Assembly: GCA_030038895.1 (NCBI GenBank)
Contig: JASHQX010000163.1
Coordinates: 1 to 48,805, forward strand
DNA from: Thermoplasmata archaeon
GTDB taxonomy: Archaea; Thermoplasmatota; Thermoplasmata; Lutacidiplasmatales; UBA184
Direction of reading: 5' to 3'
Length of the DNA stretch: 48,805 bases
The position numbers were made by a program, and so were the translations under genes. The notes under the pieces were generated by a model. That model did no database searches, was not told the DNA's origin, and saw only the letters and a program-made list of their open reading frames with translations. This document shows, in pieces, positions 26,862 to 35,828 of this stretch (positions are counted from its first letter, which is position 1; each line of letters opens with the position of its first letter).

Positions 26862-27836
26862 ATGCTGTCCGACGCCTTCGGACGCGAAGTGACTGATATC
26901 CGGGTCAGCGTGACGAAGCGCTGCAACTTCGGGTGCGTCTACTGCCACGACGAGGGCCTCGGACCTGTCGCCCGACCCCGTTCTCCGCATGGGGAAGAGA
27001 TGACGGTAGCAGAGATCGAGCGCCTCATCGGAGTCGCGCGCGAGTTCGGAATCCGATCGGTGAAGTTCACCGGTGGCGAGCCGCTCGTCCGCGACGACCT
27101 CGAGGAGATCATTTCCCGGTCGGTCGAGCAGATTCCGGACGTCTCCCTGACGACGAACGGATCCATGCTCGAGTACCGGGCCGAGGCACTGCGGGACGCG
27201 GGGTTGAAACGGGTCAACGTCTCGGTCGACTCGATCGACCCGGTGGCGTTCCGTTCGATCCGCAAGGGAGGTCTCGCGCCGGTGCTGCGGGGGATCCGGG
27301 AAGCGCTCCGGGTCGGCTTGAAGCCGGTCAAGCTAAACATGGTTGTCTTCCGGCCGACGCTCGATAACATCCCCCGGATGATCGACTACGTCGGGGCCAC
27401 GGACGGACTCAAGCTCCAACTCATCCAGTTCATGCCGGAGCTCGTGGCCCACCGGGAGTGGATGGTCGACATCGACGCGGTGCGGAAGTGGCTCGAAGAA
27501 CACGCGACCCGCGTGCTGATCCGCGAGATGCACCATCGCCATGTCTATTTCTTCCGTCACGTCGAGGTCGAACTGGTCGATCCGGTCTACAATGCCGAGT
27601 TCTGCTCGAACTGCCACCGGATCCGTGTCACCCACAAGGGAGAGCTCAAAGGGTGTCTCAACCGCACGGACGACCTCATTCCGACACGCGGGCTCGACGA
27701 CGACGGATTGCGTTCGGCCTTCCGTCAGGTCATCACCACGCGGATGCCGTACTACGGAGGATACGTTACGGACTACCCGTCCCGTTCGTCGCTCGGCTCG
27801 CTCTTGCCGATGGTCCCCGCCCGGCCGGGGGTATGA
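26862..27836 (+). CDS. moaA: GTP 3',8-cyclase (molybdenum cofactor biosynthesis radical-SAM enzyme)
   Basis: RVSVTKRCNFGCVYCH, KFTGGEPL, C-terminal CSNCHRIRVT. ATG at 26862 inside the tracked ORF 26160..27836. Confidence 0.85.
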   Translation: MLSDAFGREVTDIRVSVTKRCNFGCVYCHDEGLGPVARPRSPHGEEMTVAEIERLIGVAREFGIRSVKFTGGEPLVRDDLEEIISRSVEQIPDVSLTTNGSMLEYRAEALRDAGLKRVNVSVDSIDPVAFRSIRKGGLAPVLRGIREALRVGLKPVKLNMVVFRPTLDNIPRMIDYVGATDGLKLQLIQFMPELVAHREWMVDIDAVRKWLEEHATRVLIREMHHRHVYFFRHVEVELVDPVYNAEFCSNCHRIRVTHKGELKGCLNRTDDLIPTRGLDDDGLRSAFRQVITTRMPYYGGYVTDYPSRSSLGSLLPMVPARPGV

Positions 27837-28738
27837 CCGAGCCCGATAGTGTCCCCGCGATCGGCGCGTCGGTCGACGCGGTGATGGAGGCCCTGTCGCG
27901 CCAGCAGTACGTCATCGAGCGGGGCCTTGCAACCGCCGTCTATCTAGCGCTGCGGCTCGACAAACCGCTCCTCATCGAGGGAGAACCCGGGTGCGGGAAG
28001 ACCGAGATCGCGAAAGCGCTCTCGGCTGCCTCGGGCGGCGAGTTGATCCGGCTGCAGTGCTACGAGGGACTGGACGCAAGCGCGGCGCTCTACGAGTGGG
28101 ATTACCCCCGCCAGCTTCTCGAGATCCGGCTGCACGAACGCGACCGGACCACAGAGCAACTCGAGACCGAGATTTATTCCGAGCGGTTCCTTTTACGACG
28201 GCCGCTCCTCCGCGCGCTCGAAGGCTCCGGCCCGGTTCGACCGGTCCTCCTCATCGACGAGCTCGACCGCGCCGACGAGGAGTTCGAGGGGCTCCTCCTC
28301 GAGGTCCTCTCGGACTACCAGGTGACTATCCCCGAGCTCGGCACGATCCGCGCGCGTACCGTCCCGCTCGTGATCCTGACCTCGAACCGGACCCGCGAGC
28401 TGGGCGATGCGGTGAAGCGCCGGTGCCTGTATGCCTACATCGGCTACCCGAGCCCGGAGAAGGAGGTCGACATTCTCCGCCGGCGAATCCCCCAGCTGCC
28501 CGAGGGGTTCGCCCGAGAGATTGCCGCGTTCGTCCAGCGCCTGCGCGGACAAGAAGATCTTGCGAAGCGCCCTGGCGTTGCCGAGACACTCGACTGGGCC
28601 GCCGCGCTCCTCGCGCTCGGCGAAGGGTCGCTCCACTCGGCGCAGGTCGCCGAAACGCTCGGGTTGCTCCTCAAGGACGCGCGCGACCTCGAGACGTACC
28701 GTCGCGAACGCCTCGATTCGCTCCTCGCCGCGCCATGA
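27833..28738 (+). CDS. coxD: MoxR-type AAA+ ATPase (CoxD-like)
   Basis: Walker A GEPGCGKT, Walker B LLIDELDRA. ATGA overlap with the moaA stop. Confidence 0.8.
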   Translation: MTEPDSVPAIGASVDAVMEALSRQQYVIERGLATAVYLALRLDKPLLIEGEPGCGKTEIAKALSAASGGELIRLQCYEGLDASAALYEWDYPRQLLEIRLHERDRTTEQLETEIYSERFLLRRPLLRALEGSGPVRPVLLIDELDRADEEFEGLLLEVLSDYQVTIPELGTIRARTVPLVILTSNRTRELGDAVKRRCLYAYIGYPSPEKEVDILRRRIPQLPEGFAREIAAFVQRLRGQEDLAKRPGVAETLDWAAALLALGEGSLHSAQVAETLGLLLKDARDLETYRRERLDSLLAAP

Positions 28739-29901
28739 GCGAACCGTCTCCGGCGCCGGAAGGGCTCCGGTTTCTCCTGCGGGTCCAAGGCTTCTTGGAC
28801 CGGCTGCGCGAGGAGGGGGTCGTCGTCGGCGTGGGCGCCGGGCTTGATCTCGGCCGGGCGGCCGCCCTCATCTCGCCCTTAGACCGGTCCGCGTTCCGCG
28901 AAGCGTGTCGAGCCACGCTGGGAAAATCTCCGGACGACCTACGGACGATCAACCGGATCTTCGATGAGTACTGGTCGACGCTCGGGACCGTGCCGATCCC
29001 TCCTGCATCGGAAGAAGGGAAGGTCCCCCGACCGAGGGACCGACGAGGTACTCCGAGAAGGCTCCCACCGCACCGACGCGGGCCGGAGCCCCGGACCGTG
29101 ACGGCCAGTCTAGAGGGAAGGTATAGCACGCGGGCTCCCGACCCGAGCCATCCCACCCAGCTCGTCTCTCCATCGGAGTTGCGACGCTACAGGCTCGGGG
29201 CACGCCGATTCCGCCGTCGTGTCGCGACGCTCCCCGGTCGCGCTTGGCACCGATCCCCGTCCGGGTTCGTCGACTTTCGTCGCACGGCCGTGCGAAGCGC
29301 ACGCACGGGGGGAGAGTGGATCGAGCTATTCCGCCGGGACCGGCTCCCACGTCGCGCCGACCTGATCATCCTCTGGGATGTCAGCGGCTCGATGCGCGAA
29401 CACACGAGCTCTCTGTTCGCTCTGGTCCACTCGCTCCATCGCGTAATCCGACGGACGCGGGTCTTCGCCTTCGGGCATGCGATCGAGGAGATCACCGGTC
29501 TCTTCGAGGGCCAGTCGTACGCCCGTGCGCTCCCGGAGCTCTCGGGTCGTCTCGCCGGCACGGGCGGGGGCACGCAGATCGCCTACTGCCTCGCCGAGTT
29601 CTCTCGCCACTGGGGGTCGCTCCTGCGCGCGACAACGACCGTACTCATCGTAAGCGACGGATGGGACCTCGGGGATGTGAGCCGGTTGCGGCGGGAGCTC
29701 GAGCGGATCCGCAGGGCCGCCGGGAGGCTCGCATGGGTGAACCCCTACGCCGCCGAGAAGGGGTTTGCGCCCTCCACGGCCGCTCTCCGAACCGCCCTCC
29801 CGCTCCTCGACCTCTTCGCCAGCCCTGCCGACTTCCCTCGGCCCCATGGATCGCCCGGGACCCTCCCGCGACGCCCAGGTGGTCCCGGCCCGGTCCCTTA
29901 G
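28735..29901 (+). CDS. coxE: VWA-domain CoxE-like protein
   Basis: LIILWDVSGSM MIDAS motif and VLIVSDGWD. ATGA overlap with the coxD stop. Confidence 0.8.
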   Translation: MSEPSPAPEGLRFLLRVQGFLDRLREEGVVVGVGAGLDLGRAAALISPLDRSAFREACRATLGKSPDDLRTINRIFDEYWSTLGTVPIPPASEEGKVPRPRDRRGTPRRLPPHRRGPEPRTVTASLEGRYSTRAPDPSHPTQLVSPSELRRYRLGARRFRRRVATLPGRAWHRSPSGFVDFRRTAVRSARTGGEWIELFRRDRLPRRADLIILWDVSGSMREHTSSLFALVHSLHRVIRRTRVFAFGHAIEEITGLFEGQSYARALPELSGRLAGTGGGTQIAYCLAEFSRHWGSLLRATTTVLIVSDGWDLGDVSRLRRELERIRRAAGRLAWVNPYAAEKGFAPSTAALRTALPLLDLFASPADFPRPHGSPGTLPRRPGGPGPVP

Positions 29902-29983
29902 CGGTCGGAAAGTTCATCCTTCGGTCCCCTCCTCGTCCCCGGGCCGTAGAGGTCGCGAAACCCTCGGGGAATGGAGAGACGAG

Positions 29984-30430
29984 ATGCACGAGGAAGGTTC
30001 GTTCGAGGTCCGTAGAGATCGGGAGGCGGTCTACGCCTTCTTCACGGACGCGAAGCTGCTGGTCGACTGCCTCGACGACCCGCATACGGTCGAGGTGACC
30101 GACGAGTGGCACTTCACGGGCACCCTCACCACGGGAATCGGGTTCATCCGGGGCACGTTTCGGATGAACGGAGAGTACACCGAGCGCCACTCCCCCGATC
30201 GGGTCGCAGCCAAGATCCACGGCGGGGGACTCGGCAGCGGGGTCGACGGTCTGATTCGCACAGACCTGGGCGAGGCGGGGGGAGTCACGACCGTGCGTTG
30301 GACGGCGGACCTGACCTTCTCCGGGCCGGTCGCTACCCTCGGGGAGCGGATTATCCGCAGCACGATTGAGAAGAAGACTCAGGGACTGTTCGATCGCGCC
30401 CAACGGACGCTCGAGGGTCGACCGGCCTAA
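29984..30430 (+). CDS. coxG: CoxG-like SRPBCC protein
   Basis: 148 aa, MHEEGSFEVRRDREAVYAFFTD..GTFRMNGEY.. typical of CoxG/SRPBCC, located after coxE. Confidence 0.65.
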   Translation: MHEEGSFEVRRDREAVYAFFTDAKLLVDCLDDPHTVEVTDEWHFTGTLTTGIGFIRGTFRMNGEYTERHSPDRVAAKIHGGGLGSGVDGLIRTDLGEAGGVTTVRWTADLTFSGPVATLGERIIRSTIEKKTQGLFDRAQRTLEGRPA

Positions 30431-30486
30431 CGCCCCGACGACCGGTTCGAGGAACCGCGGTCGGGATGGTTCGAAACGACCGGGAT

Positions 30487-31446
30487 CTACCGAGGCGCGC
30501 GCGTGGAATCCGCCGCGGGGGCTAAGGACTTCGCGGAGATCTTGCCGTATTTCGCGGCCACCACTTCGGCCAAGATCGCTAGGGCGATCTCACTCGGCGA
30601 CCGGGCCCCGATGTCCAGGCCGATCGGTGCATGGAGTTCGGCGAGGAACTGCTCCGGGATCCCGCGCGATCGGAGTTCCTCCCGGTTCTTCGCCCATCGA
30701 TGGCGGCTTCCGAGCATCCCCACGTACCGCAGCGGGACCGTCGCGAGAGCGGAGAGGACGGCGAGATCCCGCTCTCCCCTCGTCAGCACGACGACCGAGT
30801 CCCGCTCGCCGAGACGCAGTGAGGCGAGGTCCGGAACGGGGGCCCGAAGGAGATGATGCGGTGACTCGGTGAGCTCAGGGTTCGGATCGACCACGGTCAC
30901 TTCGAAGTCGAGCGATCGGGCGAGCCGCACCAGCGCATCTTCGACATCGTCCCGGCCTCCCTGACCGATGAGGACCAGCCGCTCGCTCGGCAGGATCGGC
31001 TCCACGTGGACCTCCAGGATCCCCCCGCAGTCGGTCTCAACGAAGATCTCGTCCTCGGAGGGCGACTGCGCCATCCCTGCGAGTGCCGCCTTCGCGTCGA
31101 CGAGGTGGACCCGGACGACGCGGCTCTCCCCGTCGGCCATCGCTCGCTCGGCGATCGCGACGATCGGCCCCTCCGGGCAACCGCCTCCGAAGGTGCCGCC
31201 GGCGATCTTGCCTTCGCTAGAGATCAGGATCTTGAACCCCCGCTTCGCGAGGGTGGAACCCTCCGTTCGCACCACGGTCGCCATCGCGAACGGTCGATGC
31301 TCCGCCGCGAGCTCGCGGACCTTTTCGGCGAATTCGTGGGCGCGCACGCCTGAGGAACCGGCTCCCCTCGTAAGACCTTGTCGTCGCCGACCCCAGTCTC
31401 GGACTTCGGAGACCGGGGTCCACCGATCCCGTCTCCCCCCCGCCAC
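30487..31446 (-). CDS. XdhC/CoxF-family molybdoenzyme maturation protein
   Basis: PFAMATVVRTEGST, ERLVLIGQGGRDDVEDALVRLA, APIGLDIGARSPSEIALAILAEVV. An alternative GTG start lies at 31347. Confidence 0.8.
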   Translation of the reverse strand: MAGGRRDRWTPVSEVRDWGRRRQGLTRGAGSSGVRAHEFAEKVRELAAEHRPFAMATVVRTEGSTLAKRGFKILISSEGKIAGGTFGGGCPEGPIVAIAERAMADGESRVVRVHLVDAKAALAGMAQSPSEDEIFVETDCGGILEVHVEPILPSERLVLIGQGGRDDVEDALVRLARSLDFEVTVVDPNPELTESPHHLLRAPVPDLASLRLGERDSVVVLTRGERDLAVLSALATVPLRYVGMLGSRHRWAKNREELRSRGIPEQFLAELHAPIGLDIGARSPSEIALAILAEVVAAKYGKISAKSLAPAADSTRAPR

Positions 31447-31495
31447 CCGTCCGTTTCATGAAGGGTGAGCGCTTGTCCCCGAGATTGAGAGAGCC

Positions 31496-31948
31496 ATGAC
31501 CGTGGACTTTGCGTTCCGTCGAGCCCCGGCGTACCGGGTGGCGAGCATCTCGTGGAAGGGACCCTGGAGCGAATCGAAGATCCGATCGAACTTCGCGCGG
31601 ATCGTCGCGTGGGCCAAGAAGAACCGCCTTCGCACCGGCAAATGGATCTTCCGCGAGCCGGGCGAGCGGGCTTGGGAGGTCGCTATCGAGATCCGGGGCC
31701 GGGCCCGGTCGAGCGGAGGGATCCGCCTAAAGACCTTCCGGACCTCGCGCGTCGCGAGCGTCACGTTCGACCCCGACCTGGTTTCTCCGGCAGTGATCTA
31801 CCATGGCATCACCGACTGGCTGAGGTGGCGACGCAAGGAGAAGAAGATCCGATCGGTCGGCGCCTACCGCGAGGTCTACGACGGCGATCCGTGGTCCAGT
31901 TCGAAGGCGTGGGCCCGGACGAACGTGCAGGTCGTCGTCCGGCCCTAG
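31496..31948 (+). CDS. GyrI-like small-molecule-binding domain protein
   Basis: 150 aa with a repeated beta-alpha-beta-beta pattern (YRVASISWKGPW.. / RVASVTFDP..). Confidence 0.5.
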   Translation: MTVDFAFRRAPAYRVASISWKGPWSESKIRSNFARIVAWAKKNRLRTGKWIFREPGERAWEVAIEIRGRARSSGGIRLKTFRTSRVASVTFDPDLVSPAVIYHGITDWLRWRRKEKKIRSVGAYREVYDGDPWSSSKAWARTNVQVVVRP

Positions 31949-32538
31949 GCCCGACGGCGCAGCCGCCGCGAGTGGGTTGCCCGGTCGGGCACCCGCCCCG
32001 GGTGCGGGCCGTTCCCATCGACGACCTCTGAAAGAATTGCCAGCGCGATCTCCGACGGAGCCCGGAATCGCGAATCTCCCGCGACCGGCGCGTGCAGGCG
32101 GGCGAGGAACTCCGGGGAGACCCCTTGTTCGGCAAGTTCGGTTCGGTTCTTCTCGGCTCGGTCGCCATCGGACCATAGCCCGACGAATTGCAAGGGAATC
32201 CCGGCGATCGCACGGAGGATCTCGATGTCCCGTTCCCCCCGGGTCAAGAGCACGATTGAGTCTCGGGGGCCCAAGGCGAGTGCCTCCGGATCCGGGATCG
32301 CTTTCCGAACGAGTCGGTCGGGAGGCTCCGTGAGTTGGGGATCGGGGTCCACCACGACCACCTCGAAATCGAGAGCCTTCGCGATCCGGACGAGCGCGTC
32401 CTCGACTTCGTCCGGTCCCCCCTCGCTTACGAGGATGAGCCGTTCGTGGGTCGGAACGTCTCCGGCTCCGGTCCCGCCGTCTCCGAGGCGGCCGCCGGGC
32501 CGCGCACTACCGTGGGACTCGAGGCCGTGGGTTGCCAT
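31945..32538 (-). CDS. XdhC C-terminal (Rossmann) domain-only paralog, possibly degenerate
   Basis: ERLILVSEGGPDEVEDALVRIAKALDFEVVVVDP..APSEIALAILSEVV parallels 30487..31446, but GLDIGA is replaced by AGDSRF and the N-terminal domain is absent. Confidence 0.55.
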   Translation of the reverse strand: MATHGLESHGSARPGGRLGDGGTGAGDVPTHERLILVSEGGPDEVEDALVRIAKALDFEVVVVDPDPQLTEPPDRLVRKAIPDPEALALGPRDSIVLLTRGERDIEILRAIAGIPLQFVGLWSDGDRAEKNRTELAEQGVSPEFLARLHAPVAGDSRFRAPSEIALAILSEVVDGNGPHPGRVPDRATHSRRLRRRA

Positions 32539-32671
32539 GCCTCTCTGCCCGAAGGGGCGACCCGTCCTCCGCGTAAGAACTCTCTGTCAAGTTCTGTGAT
32601 TCCGGCCGAGTGGCCCAGGAGAGAGTAGATAACCCGGGCACAGGTGGGTCCGCGAACGGAGGGTCGTTAAG

Positions 32672-33397
32672 ATGGCGGACTCGGTCAGCGACCGCGAGCA
32701 GGACTCCAAGGGCGTATCTCGTCTGATCCTCGGCGCGTGGATCGGGCTTCTGGCCGCGGTAGTGGCGATCGTGATCCCCGTTCTCGCCCTGATGATCACG
32801 GCCCTTGCACCGAGCGGCTTTTTCTCCCTGGGGACCGGGCTGCTCCAGTTCTCCGGCACATTGGTCGTCGTCGGAGCGGTCCTCTACATCGTCTCGCTGT
32901 TCGCCTACCGCCGCGCCTTCGCCGCGTTGCGCAAGGCGGACGCGGAGTTCTGGTTCGCGTCGGTGCTCTGCCTCGTCGGATCGGTAGGCTTCCTCCTCAT
33001 CATCGTCGCAGCCGCTGTCCTTGCCGGGACCGCCTCCTCCGTGCTGACCTGCGTGCACGGTGCGCCCTCGCATGTGCTCGGATGCCTCGAATCCGGCCAG
33101 CCTCTCGGCGCGTACTCGGCGCTCGTCGGGTTCGCTTGCGCTTGGGTGGGCGGGGTCGGGGTCGTGCTGGGCCTGACGCTCTCGTCCGACCGGTTCGCCC
33201 GGCGGATGATCGCCTTCGGGGCCCTGATCTACCTGCTCTTCCTTTTCGCTCTCTTGATTCCGTTCGTTGAGCTGGTCGCGAAGCTTCCGGGAGTTGGATA
33301 CCTGCTGGTAATCCTTCCCGTCCTTTCTATCGTCGCTCCGTTACTGGTCCTCGCCGGAGCTCGGCCCGTTGCCCTCCGATTGGGGAGGTCGGCATGA
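32672..33397 (+). CDS. Polytopic membrane protein (about 6 TM), unknown function
   Basis: Hydrophobic throughout. The stop overlaps the msrA ATG (ATGA). Confidence 0.65.
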   Translation: MADSVSDREQDSKGVSRLILGAWIGLLAAVVAIVIPVLALMITALAPSGFFSLGTGLLQFSGTLVVVGAVLYIVSLFAYRRAFAALRKADAEFWFASVLCLVGSVGFLLIIVAAAVLAGTASSVLTCVHGAPSHVLGCLESGQPLGAYSALVGFACAWVGGVGVVLGLTLSSDRFARRMIAFGALIYLLFLFALLIPFVELVAKLPGVGYLLVILPVLSIVAPLLVLAGARPVALRLGRSA

Positions 33398-33948
33398 GCG
33401 CGGCTCAAGGAGGAATCGAGACCGCCGTCTTCGCCGGGGGGTGTTTCTGGTGCACCGAAGCGGTTTTCTCCGAACTCAAGGGAGTCGTCCATGTCCTCCC
33501 CGGCTACTCCGGCGGATCGGTCGCCAACCCGACGTACGAGCAGGTCTGCACGGGCAGGACGGGGCACGCTGAATCGGTCGAGATCACGTTCGACCCGGGC
33601 GTCGTGAGCTACCGGGACCTCCTCCGGATCTTCTTCACGACCCACGACCCGACCACGCTGAACCGGCAAGGGAACGACGTGGGCACGCAGTACCGCTCGG
33701 CGGTCTTCTACCGCGACGCATCGCAGAAGCGCGCCGCCGAGGAGGTGGTCGAGGAGATCACGTCCGCCAAAATCTGGCGGAAGAAGATCGTCACGGAGAT
33801 CACGCCGCTCACCGCGTTCTACCCGGCCGAAGAGTACCATCGGGACTACTTCCGCCGGAATCCGGAAAAGAGCTACTGCCAGATCGTGATCGCCCCGAAG
33901 GTCGCCAAGTTCCGTCAGAAGTACGCGGACCGGCTGCGGGCGGTCTAG
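33394..33948 (+). CDS. msrA: Peptide-methionine (S)-S-oxide reductase
   Basis: AVFAGGCFWCTE..GYSGG..NPTYEQVC.GRTGHAE..DPTTLNRQGNDVGTQYRS. Confidence 0.95.
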   Translation: MSAAQGGIETAVFAGGCFWCTEAVFSELKGVVHVLPGYSGGSVANPTYEQVCTGRTGHAESVEITFDPGVVSYRDLLRIFFTTHDPTTLNRQGNDVGTQYRSAVFYRDASQKRAAEEVVEEITSAKIWRKKIVTEITPLTAFYPAEEYHRDYFRRNPEKSYCQIVIAPKVAKFRQKYADRLRAV

Positions 33949-33951
33949 CCG

Positions 33952-34650
33952 GTGGCCGAAGCATCCCGGGGCTTCGCGCAACTGCGCGTCGACCCCGAGC
34001 TCCTCCTCGAGTTCCCGGGCCTCCATGCGATCGAGCTCCCTCTGGGTCCCCTGGTCGTCCGGCGAATCGATCCCCGGCTCGAGGCGCAAAAAGCCCGGAC
34101 CCTAGAGGAAGTGCGGAAATCGCGCGCAGGCCCAGAAGGAATCCGCGAAGAGCCAATTTTCCGCGCGTACCGGGACTTCTACTGGAAGATCGGCGTGGAT
34201 CCCACGAAGACGAGGCCGGCGGCGGAGGCTCTTACCCGTCGCTCCCTGGGGGGAAGGGAAATCCCCTGCATCAACACGCTCGTGGACGCGTGTAACCTCG
34301 TCTCTCTTCAGACCTCGATCTCGATCGCGGCGTTCGACGCGGACCGACTCCATCCGGAAGCCCTCGTGCTCCGCCGCGCCCGGTCAGGCGAGGAGTTCCG
34401 GGGAATCGGGATGAATCAGCCCATGACGCTCCGGGGGGTTGAAATAGTCATCGAAGACTCGACGGACCGGACGTTGGTCGCGAACTACCCCTACCGGGAC
34501 TCGGAACGAGCCAGGATCACCGAAGCGACCCGAAGGGCAGTCCTGTTCATGTGCGGCGTGCCGGGGATCGAGATCGAGCTCTTGGAGCGGGCCGGACGGC
34601 TCTGTCAGGAATTCGTGACGGAGTACTGCAAGGACGCCCCTCCCTCATAG
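33952..34650 (+). CDS. B3/B4 tRNA-binding-domain protein
   Basis: YRDFYWKIGVDPTKTRPAAEALTRR..IPCINTLVDACNLVSLQT. GTG start. Confidence 0.65.
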   Translation: MAEASRGFAQLRVDPELLLEFPGLHAIELPLGPLVVRRIDPRLEAQKARTLEEVRKSRAGPEGIREEPIFRAYRDFYWKIGVDPTKTRPAAEALTRRSLGGREIPCINTLVDACNLVSLQTSISIAAFDADRLHPEALVLRRARSGEEFRGIGMNQPMTLRGVEIVIEDSTDRTLVANYPYRDSERARITEATRRAVLFMCGVPGIEIELLERAGRLCQEFVTEYCKDAPPS

Positions 34651-34675
34651 GGCCGGTGTCGTCCGGGAATTCCGC

Positions 34676-35251
34676 TCAGGCCGCGAGCACCGCGAAGTAG
34701 ACCGCGAACGCGACCATGAGACCGGTCGAGACCCAGGTGACCGCCCGTTCGAGCCCGGGGTAGCGGCGGACCCCGGCGTGCATGCCGTACGGGAACACGA
34801 CGACCCACACCGCGATCGCCCCGAACAGGCCGACGAAGAGCACGAGCCCCCCCAGGTAGGCGAAGGCGAGCCCGGCGGTGAACCACCAGAGAATCTGGAA
34901 GGGGTTGGAGAGACCAATCCCAAGCGCGGTCGAGTACGTCGCGAGCTCGCCGGACTCCTTCGGGGCGACGGACGCCCGGGAGCGAAATATCCGGTAGGCT
35001 AGGAACGCCATTACGACGCATCCGAGGACGTAGATGTACCTCACCACCGAGGAGAGGTTCACCACGCTCTGGAGGAAGTAGACCGCGGCGGCGAGAACGA
35101 GGTCGGCGCTCATCGCGCCGAGTCCGGTGACGAAGCCCGCCCGGAACGATCGGACCGACCGGGCGGCCATCAGCGCATTCATCGGCCCCGGGGGTACGGT
35201 GAGCGTGAACCCAAGAACGATGCCGAACGCGAGGACAGAGAGGGCGGACAT
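34676..35251 (-). CDS. LysE/RhtB-family amino-acid exporter
   Basis: N-terminal PPGPMN motif; six hydrophobic segments; 191 aa. Confidence 0.75.
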   Translation of the reverse strand: MSALSVLAFGIVLGFTLTVPPGPMNALMAARSVRSFRAGFVTGLGAMSADLVLAAAVYFLQSVVNLSSVVRYIYVLGCVVMAFLAYRIFRSRASVAPKESGELATYSTALGIGLSNPFQILWWFTAGLAFAYLGGLVLFVGLFGAIAVWVVVFPYGMHAGVRRYPGLERAVTWVSTGLMVAFAVYFAVLAA

Positions 35252-35302
35252 CGGTTCGGTCCCCGGGACCTCCGGGCCTCGGCGGATCGCCTCCTCGGGA
35301 CG

Positions 35303-35674
35303 TTAAGAGGTCGTCCGGGCCTCGACCGTGATGACCCGGTTGGGAGGGGGTGGTCTCCAGCGGAGCGCGAGGATACCGCCGACGATCGTGAGGAGGAACC
35401 CCAAGAGGAAACCCCCCAGAGCGAAGGGGAGGCTCACGAGCGCGAAGAGAATGGCGAGGACGCCCCAGACCCCGTGGGCCGACGGGATCGCCACCATTAG
35501 GAGGCCGACGAGGCAGGTGAGGGCCCCGACGAGAAGCCCAATCAGCCAAAGGCCGCTGAAGAATCCAAGGAAGGCCGAGACGATCCCGCCAATGAGCGCG
35601 ACAATGGTCCCCCCAATCAAGATGAACAGGCCCCCAAGGATCGTCAGTATCCCCGCACCCACGGGTCGCGCCAT
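35303..35674 (-). CDS. Small Gly/Leu-rich 4-TM membrane protein
   Basis: ILTILGGLFILIGGTIVALIGGIV..; 123 aa. Confidence 0.6.
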   Translation of the reverse strand: MARPVGAGILTILGGLFILIGGTIVALIGGIVSAFLGFFSGLWLIGLLVGALTCLVGLLMVAIPSAHGVWGVLAILFALVSLPFALGGFLLGFLLTIVGGILALRWRPPPPNRVITVEARTTS

Positions 35675-35828
35675 GCACTCAACGGTCGGCAGAATGAAGG
35701 GAGCCCCTCATAAGTAGCGGCTCTCGCCCCCGGGAAACCCCTTGCCCTTCGAAGGAGAAGGAGGGTCCCGGTCCCCCGGGCGTCTTCTCGCGAAAGGTTG
35801 AAACCGTCTCGCAGGGCTACCGGGGACG

